DNA of 64,000 bases, from assembly GCF_009914755.1 (NCBI RefSeq), contig NC_060935.1. One strand, given 5' to 3'. The position numbers and the translations under genes were made by a program. Shown piece after piece: positions 29,350-47,874 of this stretch. This DNA comes from the human T2T-CHM13v2.0 reference genome, Homo sapiens. Under the pieces are notes generated by a model. It made no database searches, had not been told where the DNA came from, and saw nothing but the letters and a program-made list of their open reading frames with translations. Each line of letters begins with the position of its first letter. Within the stretch, counting starts at the first letter, position 1.

Positions 29350-29665
29350 TGTTTCTCACAATTCTGGAGGCTGTGAAGTCCAAGAATAAGGCATCAGCAG
29401 ATTTGGTACTTAGTGGGGGCTGGCTCTGTCTGCTTCCAAGATGATGCCTTGTTACTGTGTCCTGTGGAATGCTGTGTCCTCAAATGGTGGAAGGGATGGA
29501 AAGGCAGAAAAATAACTAGCTAGTTTCCTTTCTAAAGACACTAATCCATTCACAAGGGCAAAGACTTCATAATTTAATCACTGTCTAAAGGCCCCACCTC
29601 TTAATGCACTAGGGATTAAGTTTTAATATGAATTTTGGTGGGACACAGATATTCAAATCAGCAAA
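29350..29665 (-). mobile_element. MLT1A/MST-type LTR fragment
   Basis: tctcacaattctggaggctgtgaagtccaag; aaggccccacctcttaat. Confidence 0.65.
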
Positions 29666-30859
29666 GTGATAGGTCAACAGATACTTAAAAAATGGATAAA
29701 AAGCCTGGTATAGGAAGGGATGGGGTCTCACAGCATTCTGAATAGAGGAAATAGTATATATAAAGGTAAGGCAAAAGCCAACAAAAAGACTTTCGCATGG
29801 CGGAAGGGTGGTGAATGTCTAGAGGGGTAGACAGAGACTAGGTTACATGGGACCCTGTTGTCAGAGCTGATATTCTGCTGATATGTGTGGGTTTGGGTGT
29901 ACTGATGATTTATGGTCAGTGTCCATTTTGATAGGTGGGATGCCATGTACTTTTTGTTACCTGTTTTAAGTATTACTCTTGCCCATAGGCCACTTAACAG
30001 CTTTGTGCTTTACTCTCAGAGAAGTGGGGCCTTTGTAGAGGTTTAAACAGGGAAATGAACTGACCAGATACCATAGTAAGGCAGCCTGGATATTCCTCTA
30101 CGAAAATGTCTGGCAGGGTTCTTTTAACTCAGCCTTTTATGATGATAACAAAAGGATTATTTTAGCATGGCTGAACCAACATAATAGAATGAGATTTACA
30201 TATTTACAGTGCAGATAACTTAAGACTTGTTAGTGATATGTAGCAAATCTAGAGTTATTATGTAATTATATGTAACAAGACTATGGACATACTAATTTTC
30301 ACTTACTCCTTACTAATGAATTGGTGAAGTATGTAAGCTGGGCATGGTTAAAAGGGTAGACTGAATTACTTTGTTTTTGCATTGTGCTATATCTGGCCAG
30401 TCACTGTTGAGAGTCCATACCTTTCTTGATCTGAGTCTTAATCCATCATAGCAACAACTCATGCTGATACTTTATAAACAAAGTTGCTATGGAAACCTGG
30501 CTGGTCTGTAAGCTTCAAGAGGGCAGGAGTCCTGCTGACCTAGATACTCCTAGATCCTCAGGGCCACCTACTGTGCATGAAACACAGTAGGTGATCAATA
30601 AACATTTTGAATGGAATTAAAATTTCTTTTGTACTATGTACCTTATAAAAAACTTACTGCTTGCTTTAGTTACTACTATTCATTCCACAAGTGTAGGTCC
30701 CCTGGGCTGGAACTCTACTTTCTAATCTGTGCATTCTCTGTTTTGGCAACCATCTCTGTGTTGTCTGCCCGGCTACAACAACTGGGAGGGATTTTCAGCT
30801 TCTTTGGTGGGAAGAGTAACTTTTTTATGGAACTTTGACAGAGAAGGCCTTTCGCTTAT

Positions 30860-32890
30860 ATCCCCTGTGATTATATTCGGCTCACCTAGAAATTCAGGAT
30901 AATCTCCCCCATCTCAATATCAGTAACTTAATCACATCTGCAAATCCCTTCTGTCATGTAAGGTAACATAATTATAGATTCTGTCAATTAGCACCTGGAC
31001 ATTTTTGGGGAGCCATTATTTTGTTTGCCACAAAGTCTGCCCTCTAGATCCCAAGGATTCATGTCTGTCCCACATGCAAAATACATTCACCCCATCGCAG
31101 TATCTCAAAAAGTCTTAATCCATCATAGCAACAACTCAAAGATTGAAATCTCCCTTAATCTCAGCTGAAAAATTCTACATCTCATTAAGTAATCTAAATC
31201 AGATATGGGTGAGACAGTGGGTATAATCCATTTTGGGGGAAAAATTTCTCTTTATTGTGGTCTTATGAAACTGGAAAACAGGTAATCTGCTTCCAAAATA
31301 CAATGGCGGGACAGGCATAAGATACCAGTTATAGATATTTCTGTTCCAAAGGAAGGAAATGGAAAGAAGAAAGGAGTCACTGGTCCCAGACAATTGTGAA
31401 ATTCAGCAGTGCAAACTCCGTTGGGTTCAAGTCTTAGAAATAATCCTCTTTGGTTTTGGCTCTGTCTTCTGGCTTGTGGCTCATTCCTCTGAGACATCGT
31501 TCATTTTTCATGAAGGATAGCATTTGTTTGCAGTTGAGTAGTTTAATCAGCTTGTTTCCTGCCTGTAAAGTTTTGGTGGTTTGTCAGACATCTTTCATTG
31601 TGTCCTCTCTCAGTCTTCTTCAGTCCAAATTGGCAGGGTTTCTGTTGGTATAGTATTCTCAAGAATCTTGAAGGTCTCCTGTCCACTAGACAAGCAGCTT
31701 ATCCACAGATCTGTCCTAGATAATGCTGTCTCTATTCCTGACTACTACTGAGATGGCTGAAGGGAATCCATGATTCACATACTGATCTCTACAAAGAGGC
31801 CTCTAGGTGATTGAATATTTTGATCTTTTGATCCTTCCAAGGCACTCTCAAAAAGTTGTTTAACCACAACGTGGCTCTAGAGCAGGCTTTCCTGATAGTG
31901 TGTCTCCTTTTATTGTGTTTTGCAATCTGGATAGGCTGAGAACTCTCTGAATTATCAAGTCCTGACTCCTTTTTGCTTAACAGCTCTTCTCTCAATCCCT
32001 TACTTTTCTCTCACATTTTGCCATAAATAGCAAGAAGAAATCAGACTGTAACTTCAACACTTTGCTTGGAAATCTCCTCACCTAAATATCCAAGTTTATT
32101 TTACTTTCCACATAACTACAGGACAAAATGCAGATAAGCTTTCTGGCATCATGTAACAAGGATCCTCCATCTTTGGGTATTCATTCAATAATATGTCCCT
32201 CATTTCCTTTTATGTCTTTGCTGGGACCACTTTTAACATCTATATTTATTTTTAACTCCCTGTTGAAGGCAACTGGCCTTTTCTACCAAGCTCCTTAAAA
32301 ATTTTCCAGCCTATTATCCAATGCCGAAGCCTCTTCCACATTTTTAGGTATTTGTTACAGCAGCACCCCACTTCCAGTTACCTAAAGTTTGCATTGGTTT
32401 CTTACTGGTGCTATAACAAATTTCTACAAATTTAGTGACTTAAAATAAATTTATTATCTTATACTTCTAGAGGTCATAAGTTCAAAAAAGAGATTTATGG
32501 GGCTAAAACCAAGGTGTTAGTAGGGCTGTGTTCTTTCTGGAAGCTCTACTGAATATTCATTCAGTTCATTGCCTGTTGGAGCTTCCAGAAATTGCCACAT
32601 TCCTTGGCTCATGGCTGCATCAGTCCAAGGTCGACTTCTGTTGTCACATTTCCTTCTCTTTGATTCTGTCATCATATTATCTTCTCTGATATTGACCTTC
32701 TGCCTTCCATTTTCCCTTATAAGAAATCTTGTGATTATGTTGGAACCACCCAGGTAATCTAAGTATTCTCATCTCAAGATTCATAATTTAATCACATCTG
32801 CAAAATCTTTTTTTGCCATATAAGTTGACATATTAACAGGTTCTGGGGATTAAAATATGAATATCTTTTGGGGCCCATTATTCTATCATA
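30860..32890 (-). mobile_element. MLT1 MaLR element: LTR fragment, internal region, LTR
   Basis: ttaatcacatctgcaaa occurs twice (about 30930 and 32790); internal motifs cacatgcaaaatacattcacccc and ccacatttttaggtatttgttacagcagcaccccactt. Confidence 0.65.
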
Positions 32891-33339
32891 GAATGGCTAA
32901 GCATTGTTGGGCATAAATATGAACATAATGATGTTTCCTGAGTACTACAATTAAATCTTCCTTTTTCTAGTGCAGTATGGTCCAATCGAAATGTATTGTG
33001 CGCTGCATCTTTAATTGTAACATCTGTAAGAGCCACATTAAAAAAGTAAAAAGAAACAGATAAAAGTAATTATATATTTTATTTAACCCAACATATAAAA
33101 AATATTATTTCAACGTATGGTCAACCCAAAAATATATTAATAAGATATTTTACTTTTTTTAAAAAACAAGGCCTTCAAAATTAATTGGTATTTTACACTT
33201 AAAACACATTCCGATTTGCATGCTAAATTTTTAATTTGTAGTAATTGATATGTATGTTGATTTCATAAAATTTAAAGTTAAAAACGTAGATTCATCAAAT
33301 TATTCTGTACAGACAATTATTAGATTAAAAAATTAAACA

Positions 33340-36050
33340 GGTTTATTGAGGTATAATTATATTATAATAAACTGTGTATTCAAAATATACAACTTGGTAA
33401 TTTTAATATACAAATATACCTGTGCAGCCATCATCACAATCAAGAAAAATGAACATAGTTATCACCCAAAAAGTTTACCTTTTTTCTTTTATAATTCCTC
33501 CCACTTACCTCTCCCAACCTCCACTTCTAGGCAATTATTGATCTGCTTTCTGTGACTATACACTAATTTGCATTTTCTAGAATTTTATATAAATAGAATC
33601 ATACAGTATGTGCTTTTTTGGTCTGGATTCTTTTACTCATTATGGGTATTTTGAGATTTATACATATTGCAGCATGTAAAGTGCTTTTCTTACAGGCAAT
33701 ATATAGTTGGAGGCTAACTTTTTATTTAAACCAATAAAATAATTTGTGTTTTTTCATCAGCGTATTTAGACTATTTACATTTAATGTGATTATTGACATG
33801 ATTATATTTAAATCTATCTTCTCGTGATTTGTTTCCTACCTGTTCCATGTATTCTTTGTTCCCTTTCCCCTCTTTATGTCTTCTTTTGGATTAATTGAAT
33901 ATTTTTTACAATTTTGTTTTATCTTTGTTGGCTTATTAGCTATAACTCTTTGTTTTGCTATTTAGTTTATAAACTCCTGACTACATTGTTATTTTTATTT
34001 AATGAGTCAATTATCTTTTAAGCAGATTTAGATAATAAAATCAATTATACGTTTAACTCATGTAGTTTCTTTTTTTCCCCAACTTTTGTTTTAGGTTCAG
34101 GGGGTACCTGTCCAGATTTGTTATATGGGTAAATTATGTGTTGCTGAGGTTTGGTATACAAACGATCCCATCACCCAGGTAGTGAGCATAATTCCCTATA
34201 GGTAGTGTTTCAGCCCACAAACTCCCTCCCACTCTCCCGCTGGAAGTAGTCCTCAGTGTCTATTTTTCCCATCTGTGTCTGTGCTCTTGCTGTTTCTGTT
34301 TTCTGTGTTCTTTGTTCTTTTGTGTAACTTTATATTTCCACCCGATATTATTTTCATCCTGCCTGAAGGACTTTCTTTAACATTTAACATTTCTTTCTTC
34401 ACTAATATTTCTTATAGTGCAGGTCTGCTGGTGATGAATTCTTTTAGATTTTGTACATCTGCAAAAGTCTTTATTTTGCTTTTATTTTTGAAATATATCT
34501 TTGCTAAGTATAAAATTCTGTGCCGACAGGTTTTTGTCCCCATTCTTTAAAGATGTCTTTTCACTTATATTGTTTCCAACAAGAAGTCTGTTGTTATTAT
34601 ATTTTTGTCCCTCTGGAGACAAGTATTTTTCCCTGCTTTTAAGACTTTCTCTTTATCACTGATTTTGAGCTATTTTATTATGATGTCCCTGGTGTGGTTT
34701 TTGTCATGTTTCTTGCATATGAGATCTACTGAACTTGGGAAAAATTTGGCCATTATGTCTTCAAATATTTTTTCTGTTCGTTCTTTTTTTTTTTTTTCTG
34801 TAGTGACTACAATTACATGTATATATTTGACTGCTTAAAGGTGTTCCATAACTAATTGATATTATATTTATTTAAAATATTTACTAAGGCCAGGTATGGG
34901 GGCTCACACCTGTAATCCCAATACTTTGGGAGGTTTGAGGCAGGAGGATTGCTTGAGTCCAGGAATTCAAGACCAGCCTGGGCAACATAGTGAGACCCTC
35001 ATCTCTACAAAAAATAAAACAAAAATTATTTTAAAAAGACTAAAAATTAAATTAAAAAAATTTAAAACATTATTCTTTTTTCTCTCTGTGTATAATTTTT
35101 GATCATTTCCATTGTTATGCCTTCAAGGTTACGAAACTTCTGTATTATCTGTCATTACTATCACTTAGTGTATTTTTTACCTCATATATTGTAGCTTTAA
35201 CTCTGTAAGTTCAGTTTGACTGTGTAAAAAATCTTCCATGTCTCTACCTAACTCTTTGAATATATGAATACAGTTCTAATAACTGTTTTAATGTTGTTAA
35301 TCGAAAATTCTAATAATTGTATCAGTGCTGGGCCAATTTTGATTGACTGATTTTTCTCCTCATTACTTCTTCCTTGCATGCCTCTTAATTTTTGATTAAT
35401 GGCCAGTCATTGTGAATTTTACCGTCTTTGGTACTGAGCTTTTGTGTATTTTTATAAATACCTTTGAGTTTTGTTCTAGTAACTGGGACACAATTCAATT
35501 CTTTTAGATCCTACTTTAAAGGTTTGTTAGATGGGCCCAGAGAAGTGCTAGTGCTAGTAGTTAGGGTAGAACTAATTATTTACCATCACTGAGGCAAGAT
35601 CCTTCAGCGTACTCTACCCAGTGACTGATAAGTCATGGGATTTTCCAGTTTGACTGGTGGAAATAGGTACTATTTCTGGCCCTCGTGTATGCTGGATACT
35701 GTTGCCTTTTGGGTGGGTCTTTCCTGTCCTTGGGTAATTTTCTAACATGTATGCACAGGTCAGTACTCAGCTGAATACTGATTTTGGGTAGATCTGTGTT
35801 TCCGTCTTTGTGCTGCTATCTTCTCTTGTGTATACTGTCCTGTGAAATCTAGGTGCCTTGGTCTCCCCAGACTTCAGCTTTCTCTCCTCAACTCAAGGAG
35901 ATTGCCTGAGTTCTGCCTTCCTATGCTATGCCTGGAAACTCCCTCAGAGCAGTAAGCTATGGTAATTATAGGGCTCATCTCTTTTGTATCCCGTCTCTGA
36001 AGGATCACTGCCCTTCATTGACTGATGGCTAGTGTCTTGAAAACTGTAGT
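33340..36050 (-). mobile_element. Ancient L1M fragments inside a split MER33/MER3-like element, with a short L1PA 3' piece (about 34070-34280)
   Basis: ggtttattgaggtataatt L1M 3' end; MER33-like ends at about 32970 and 36195. Confidence 0.55.
34888..35025 (+). mobile_element. FLAM/AluJ left monomer
   Basis: ggccaggtatgggggctcacacctgtaatccc...gaggattgcttgagtcc, then A tail. Confidence 0.85.
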
Positions 36051-37170
36051 TTCATCAAATATTCACTATAAATCTAAATTAAAATTAATTAAAATTATGC
36101 AAAATTGAAAATTCATTTCCTCAGCCACACTAGCCATATTTCATGTGCTCAGTTGCTTTTTGTGGCTAGGGGTTACCATATTAGACAGTACAGATCTGGA
36201 GATGCTCAGAAATTTTACTGTTTCACCACAGCTCTGTTAATATAGGCAGACTTCAAAAATCCTGTACTTTAAGGTTAATGTATGATAGCAACTATCAAGC
36301 TACTTAAGCTCTCCATCTCAAAGTACTTCCATTTACTCACTGATAAGGTGGGGGTAATAATAGTGCCTACTATATATGGTTGTAGTGAGGGTGAAATAAT
36401 ACATACAAAGTGCTCGAACAGTACTTGGTGGTGAGCTCTCGTTAAACTTGAGTCTATACATTTTAAAGTAATAGGGTATAGCTTTGGCTTTTTTTCCCTC
36501 ATGTGTATCATCTGCCTTATGCATTATTGATGTCAGATTTTAACCCAGAAGTAGATTAGGATAGTGGAAAAAGCAGAAGACTGGGGAAGGGCAGAAGATT
36601 AAAATCAGCATTTTTTGTTTTAATTTATTTCATCCTCACTACTATGATATAAAATAGGTACTATTATTACCCCCTTTTATCAATGAGTAAATGGAAGTAT
36701 TTTGAGGCAGTATTTAAGGGTGACAGTGGATACGTCTCTTAATGTATTCAAGCCTCAGTTTCCTTGTCTGGAAATGGGACGAATAAAAAGACTGATAAGA
36801 ATTCAATGACTACATATGGGAAAGCACTTCAAAAGTGCAAAGTGTAAAAAAAAAACAGTTCATTATTCTTTCCTTCATTTATTTTTATTTCTCCTAATAT
36901 TTCACCATCTGATGTCCAGCTGTGAATTGTGTGTTCAGAGAATGAAAACCTTCATTTCAGTGCTAGCCTGTTAATAATATCGATACATTTAAATAGAAAC
37001 CTCACTTAACTGGGAACATTTCTACAGTACCAATTGCAAAGCCTGGTAGCATTTATTTTGGGGCTAGCCAGCTTTTGAGTTATCTTTGTTACTGCTGTCT
37101 TTGTAGAGCACAAAGAATTGAGTAAGTAAGATTTTTATTTTCTTCTTGCTTGAAATAAATTTTTTTAGGG

Positions 37171-37551
37171 TGTTAAAAGAAAAACTTTAGACAAATTAAA
37201 TTTAACAGAATTTAATTGAGCAAAGAATGATTCGTGAATCAGGCAGCCCCCGGAACCAGAATAGGTTCAGAGAGACTGTCACTGCCGGGTGGTTGGAGAG
37301 GATTTATGGACAAAAAAGGGAAAGTGATGTACAAAAAATGGAAGGAGGTGTGGTACACAAACAGCTGAATTTGTTGTAGCTTGGCATTTGCCTTGTTCGA
37401 ACATTTGGCCACTGTGGCTGAAACTCGGTGATCAATATGAGTAGGTTACAGTCTGTTTACACCACCCAGTTAGGTTACAGTTTACTATGTATGGAGAAAC
37501 TTTCAGGTGGAATTTACAAGGAGGAAGCTTTAGGCTAAACTTAATTTAACA
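37171..37551 (-). mobile_element. MER57-family LTR (3' LTR of a minus-strand ERV1 remnant)
   Basis: TG...CA ends; reverse complement starts tgttaaattaagtttagcctaaagct; adjacent attctcccc is a polypurine tract on the minus strand. Confidence 0.8.
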
Positions 37552-38945
<1,394 letters not shown>

Positions 38946-40353
38946 TTTTTTTTATTTTTTAAATTAAAAAAGTTTTCTCTTTGCTTTTAAAAATAATTTC
39001 AACTTTTATTTTAGATTCAGAGGGTACATGTGCAGATTTGTTACTTGGGTATATTGTGTGATGCTGAGGTTTGGTGTATAATTGATCTGGTTACCCAGGT
39101 AGTAAGGATAGTACCCAGTGGTTTTTCAACCCTTACCCATCAATATCTTCCCCCTCTCGTAGTTCCCAGTGTCTGTAGCTGCCATCTTTATGTTCATGTT
39201 TATCCAATGTTTAGCTCCCACTTATAAGTGAGAACCTGTAGTATTTGATTTTCTGTTTCTGCATTAATTTGCTTAGGATAATGGCCTCCAGCTGCATCCA
39301 TGTTGCTGCAAAGAACATGATTTCATTGTTTCTTTTTATGGCTGTGTGATATTCCTTGGTATATACATATATACCACATTTTCTTTATCCAATCCACCAT
39401 TAATGGCCACCTAGATTGATTGCATGTCTTTGCTATTGTGAATAGTGCTGCAACAAACATACGAGTACATGTGTTTTTTGGTAGAATGATTTATTTACTT
39501 TTGGATATATGTATTATATACCCAGTGATGGGATTGTGAGTCAATGGTGGTTCTGTTTCAGTTCTTTGAGAAATCTCCAAACTGCTTTCCAGACTGGCTG
39601 CACTCATTCACATTCCCACCAACAGTGTATAAGTGTTTCCTTTTCTCTGCAGCCTCACGAACATCTGGTGTATTTTGACTCTTTTGAACATCCATTGTAT
39701 TTTGACTCTTTAGTAATAGCCATTCTGACAGGTGTGAGATGGTATCTCTTTGTGGTTTGGATTTGCATCTCTCTAATGATGAGTGATGTGGAGCGTTTTT
39801 TCATATGCTTATTGGCCGCTTATATGTCTTCTTTCTTCTTTTGAAAAGTGTTTGTTCATGTCATTTGCTCACTTTTTAATATTGTTATTTGGTTTTTGCT
39901 TGTTCAATTGTTTAAGTTCCTTATAGATTCTGGTCTTAGACCTTTGTTGGATGCATAGTTTGCAAATATTTTCTCTCATTGTGTATGCTGCCTGTTTACT
40001 CTGTTGATAGTCTTCTTTTACTATGCAGAAGCCCTTTTTTTATTTTTTATTTTTTATTATTATTATACTTTAAGTTTTAGGGTACATGTGCACAATGTGC
40101 TGGTTAGTTACATAGGTATACATGTGTCATGCTGGTGTGCTGCACCCATTAACTCATCATTTAGCATTAGGCATATCTCCTAATGCTATCCCTCCCCCCT
40201 CCCCCCACCCCACAACAGTCCCCAGAGTGTGATGTTCCCCTTCCTGTGTCCATGTGTTCTCATTGTTCAATTCCCATCTATGAGTGAGAACATGCGGTGT
40301 TTGGTTTTTTGTCCTTGCGATAGTTTACTGAGAATGATGATTTCCAATTGCAT

Positions 40354-44091
<3,738 letters not shown>

Positions 44092-44231
44092 TATGATGTT
44101 AGCTGGTTATTTTGCTTGTTAGTTGATGCAGTTTCTTCCTAGTCTCGATGGTCTTTACATTTTGGCATGATTTTGCAGCAGCTGGTACTGGTTGTGCCTT
44201 TCCACATTTAGTGCTTCCTTCAGGAGCTCTT

Positions 44232-44861
44232 TTAGGGCAGGCCTGGGTTGACAAAATCTCTCAGCATTTGCTTGTCTGTAAAGTATTTTATTTCTCCTTC
44301 ACTTATGAAGCTTAGTTTGGCTGGATATGAAATTCTGGGTTGAAAATTCTTTTCTTTAAGAACGTTGAATATTGGCCCCCACTCTTTTCTGGCTTGTAGA
44401 GTTTCTGCCGAGAGATCCGCTGTTAGTCTGATGGGCTTCCCTTTGAGGGTAACCCGACCTTTCTCTCTGGCTGCCCTTAACATTTTTTCCTTCATTTCAA
44501 CTTTGGTGAATCTGACAATTATGTGTCTTGGAGTTGCTCTTCTCGAGGAGTATCTTTGTGGCGTTCTCTGTATTTCCTGAATCTGAATGTTGGCCTGCCT
44601 TGCTAGATTGGGGAAGTTCTCTTGGATAGTATCCTGCAGAGTGTTTTCCAACTTGGTTCCATTCTCCCCGTCACTTTCAGGTACACCAATCAGACGCAGA
44701 TTTGGTCTTTTCACATAGTCCCATATTTCTTGGAGGCTTTGTTCGTTTCTTTTTATTCTTTTTTCTCTAAACTTCCCTTCTCGCTTCATTTCATTCGTTT
44801 CATCTTCCATCACTGATACCCTCTCTTCCAGTTGATTGCATGGGCTCCTGAGGCTCTGCAT
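44232..44861 (-). pseudogene. L1 ORF1 fragment
   Basis: RNEQSLQEIWDYVKRPNLRLIGVPE...REKG...YPAKLS motifs. Confidence 0.92.
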
Positions 44862-47484
44862 TCTTCACATAGTTCTCAAGCCTTGGCTTTCAGCTCCATC
44901 AGCTCCTTTAAGCACTTCTCTGTATTGGTTATTCTAGTTATACATTCGTCTAAATTTTTTTCAAAGTTTTCAACTTCTTTGCCTTTGGTTTGAATTTCCT
45001 CCTGTAGCTCGGAGTAGTTTGATCATCTGAAGCCTAGGTCCTCCTTGTTAATTTTTGTTTTTCTTGTGATTGCTTTTGAGGTACTAGCCATAAATTCTTT
45101 GTCAAAGCTGTTGTCCAGAATGGTATTTTCTGGGTTTTCTTCTAGGATTTTTATAGTTTGAGGTCTTATATTTAAATCTTTAATCCATCTTGAGTTAATT
45201 TTTGCATATAGTGAGAGACAGGAGTCTATTTTCATTCTTCTGTATATGGCTGGTCAGTTATCCCAGCACCATTTATTGAATAGGGGGTCCTTTCCCCATC
45301 ACTTATCTTTGTCCATTTAGTAAAGATCAGATGGTTGTAGGCGTGTGGTTTTATTTCTGGATTCTCTATTCTGTTCTATTGGTCTATGTGCTTGTTTTTG
45401 TACTAATACCATGCTGTTTACTGTAGGTTACTGTAGCCTTATAGTATAGTTTGGTAATAGAAAATATAGAAGTGGGGTAATGTGATGTTTCTGTGGGGTA
45501 ATGCTCTTTCTGCTTAAGATTGTTTTGGTTATGTCAGCTCTTTTTTGGATCCACATACATTTTAGTGTAGGTTTTTTTTTAATTCTATGAAAAATGACAT
45601 TGGTAGTTTTATAGGAGTTGTGTTGAATCCATAGATTGCTTTGGATTATATGGTCATTTTAATGATAGTGATTCTTCTAATCCATGAACATGGAACGTTT
45701 CTTCATTTACTTGTGTCATCTATAGTTTCCTTTAGCAGTGTTTTATAGTTCTCCTTGTAGAGAGCTTTCACCTCCATTGTTAGGTGTGTTTCTAGGTATT
45801 TTATTTTTTTGTGCATATATTATAAATGGGACTGTGTCCTTGACTTGGCTCTCAGCTTGAACGTTACTGTTATATAAAAATGTTACTGATTTTTATACAT
45901 TGATTTTCTCTCCTGAAAGTTTACTGAAGTCGTTTATGAGTTCCAGGAACCTTTTGGCATAGTCTTCAGGGTTTTCTAGGTAGAGAATCATATCATCAGT
46001 GAAGAGGGATATTTGGACTTTTTCTTTTCCTATTTGGATGCCTTTAATGTCTTCCTGTTGCCTAATTGGTCTGACTAGCACTTCCAGTACTGTGTTGAAT
46101 AGGAGTGGTGAAAGTAGACATCTTTGCCTGTTCCATTTCTCAAGGGGAATGCTCCCAGCTTTTGCCTGTCCAATACGATGGTGGCTATGGGTTTGCATAG
46201 ATGACTTTTATTATTTTGAGGTATGTTCCTTTGATGTTTAGTTTCTTGAGGGTTTTTATCATAAAGAGACGTTGGATTTTATCAAAAGCTTTTTCTGTGC
46301 CTATTTGGATGATCATATGGTTTCTGTTTTAGTTTTCTTTATGTGGTGAATGACATTTATTGATTTGTGTATGTTGATTACATCCCTACTTGATCATGAT
46401 GAATTAACTTTTTGATGTGCTACTGGATTCTGTTTGCTCGTATTTTGTTGAAGAATTTTGTGTCTATGTTCATTAGGGTAGGGATGTTGGCTTATAGTTT
46501 TAGTTTTTCATTGTGTCTTTGTTTTTTGATAACAGGGTGATGCTGGCTTCGTAGAATGAGTTAGGAAGGAGTCCTCCCTCTTCAATTTTTCACAATAGTT
46601 TCAGTGGAATTGGTACCAGCTTTTCTTTGTACATCTGGTAGAATTTGGCTGTGAATCCATCTGGCCTGGGCTTTTTTTTTGGTAGATAGGATTTTTTAAA
46701 ATTACTTATTCAATCTCAGAAGTTGATATTGGTTTGTTCAGGGGTTCAATTCCTTCTTGGTTCAATCATGAGAAGTTACGTGTTTCCAGGAATTTATCCA
46801 TTTCTGGATAGATTTTCTGGTTTGTGTGCATAGAGATGTGTATAGTAGTCTCTGAGGATCTTTTGTATTTCTGGGGGATTGGTTGAAATGTCACCTTTGT
46901 TGTTTCTGATTGTGCTTTTTTGGATATTCTTTTTTCCTTGTTAATCTAGCTAGTGCTCTATTGATCTTGTTTATACTTTCAAATACCCAACTTTTGGTTT
47001 CATTGATTCTTTGGGTGGACTTTTGAGTCTTAATTTCTTTCAGTTCTGCTCTTATTTTAGTTATTTATTTTCTTCTGCTAGCTTTGGGGTTAGTTTTTTC
47101 TTTTTCTAGGAGTGAAAAACACTAGGTTTGGGGTCATTTTTGTCTTGTTACTCTGGGTGTGATGTTAGATCATTGATGTGAGATCTTTCTAACTTTTTAA
47201 GGTAGGCCTTTAGTGCTATAAGCCTTCTTCTTAACACTGCTTTTGCTGCAGAGGGATATATTTAACATTATTGCCACATTTATTTTAAACTATGCCAAAA
47301 GGGACCTAATAAATGATGTCTATCTAGAAGAGGGAAAGCCTTTGGTAATGTTTTTCATTTTTTAACCTATTATAGGTTGTAAGGAGTGGACTTATGTTTT
47401 GTTTGTGCCTGATTATGAAGTAATAAAAATACTACTCAATTTTTTTGGTCTACATCTTACCATTTATTTTTTGTCATCTGACAC

Positions 47485-47874
47485 TGTCACAATAACTTTA
47501 GAAAAATTACATTTAATGAAGTTTAAGCAAAGAATAATTTGTGAATTGAACAGCCACCCTCCTCAACTCCAAACAACCAGAATAAGTCTAGTACTGTCAC
47601 GTGGTTGGAGAGGATTTACAGACAGAAAAAAGAAAGTGATATACATAAAACAAAAGTGAGGTATGGAAATAGCTGAATTGTTTATAGCTTGGCATTTGCT
47701 TTATTTAAACACTGTTTAAACAGTTGGCTGCCTTTGGTTGGCTAAAACTCAATGATTGGTTTAAGAGTATGTTACAGTCTGTTTACACATCCAGTTAGGT
47801 TTCAGTTCACTATGTATAGAAAAACCTCTAGGCCAAACTTACAAGGAGGCAACTTTAGACCAAATTTAGCAACA
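47485..47874 (-). mobile_element. MER57-family LTR (second copy)
   Basis: Same orientation as and similar to 37171-37551 (gtggttggagaggattta; gttacagtctgtttacac; acaaggagg). Confidence 0.75.
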
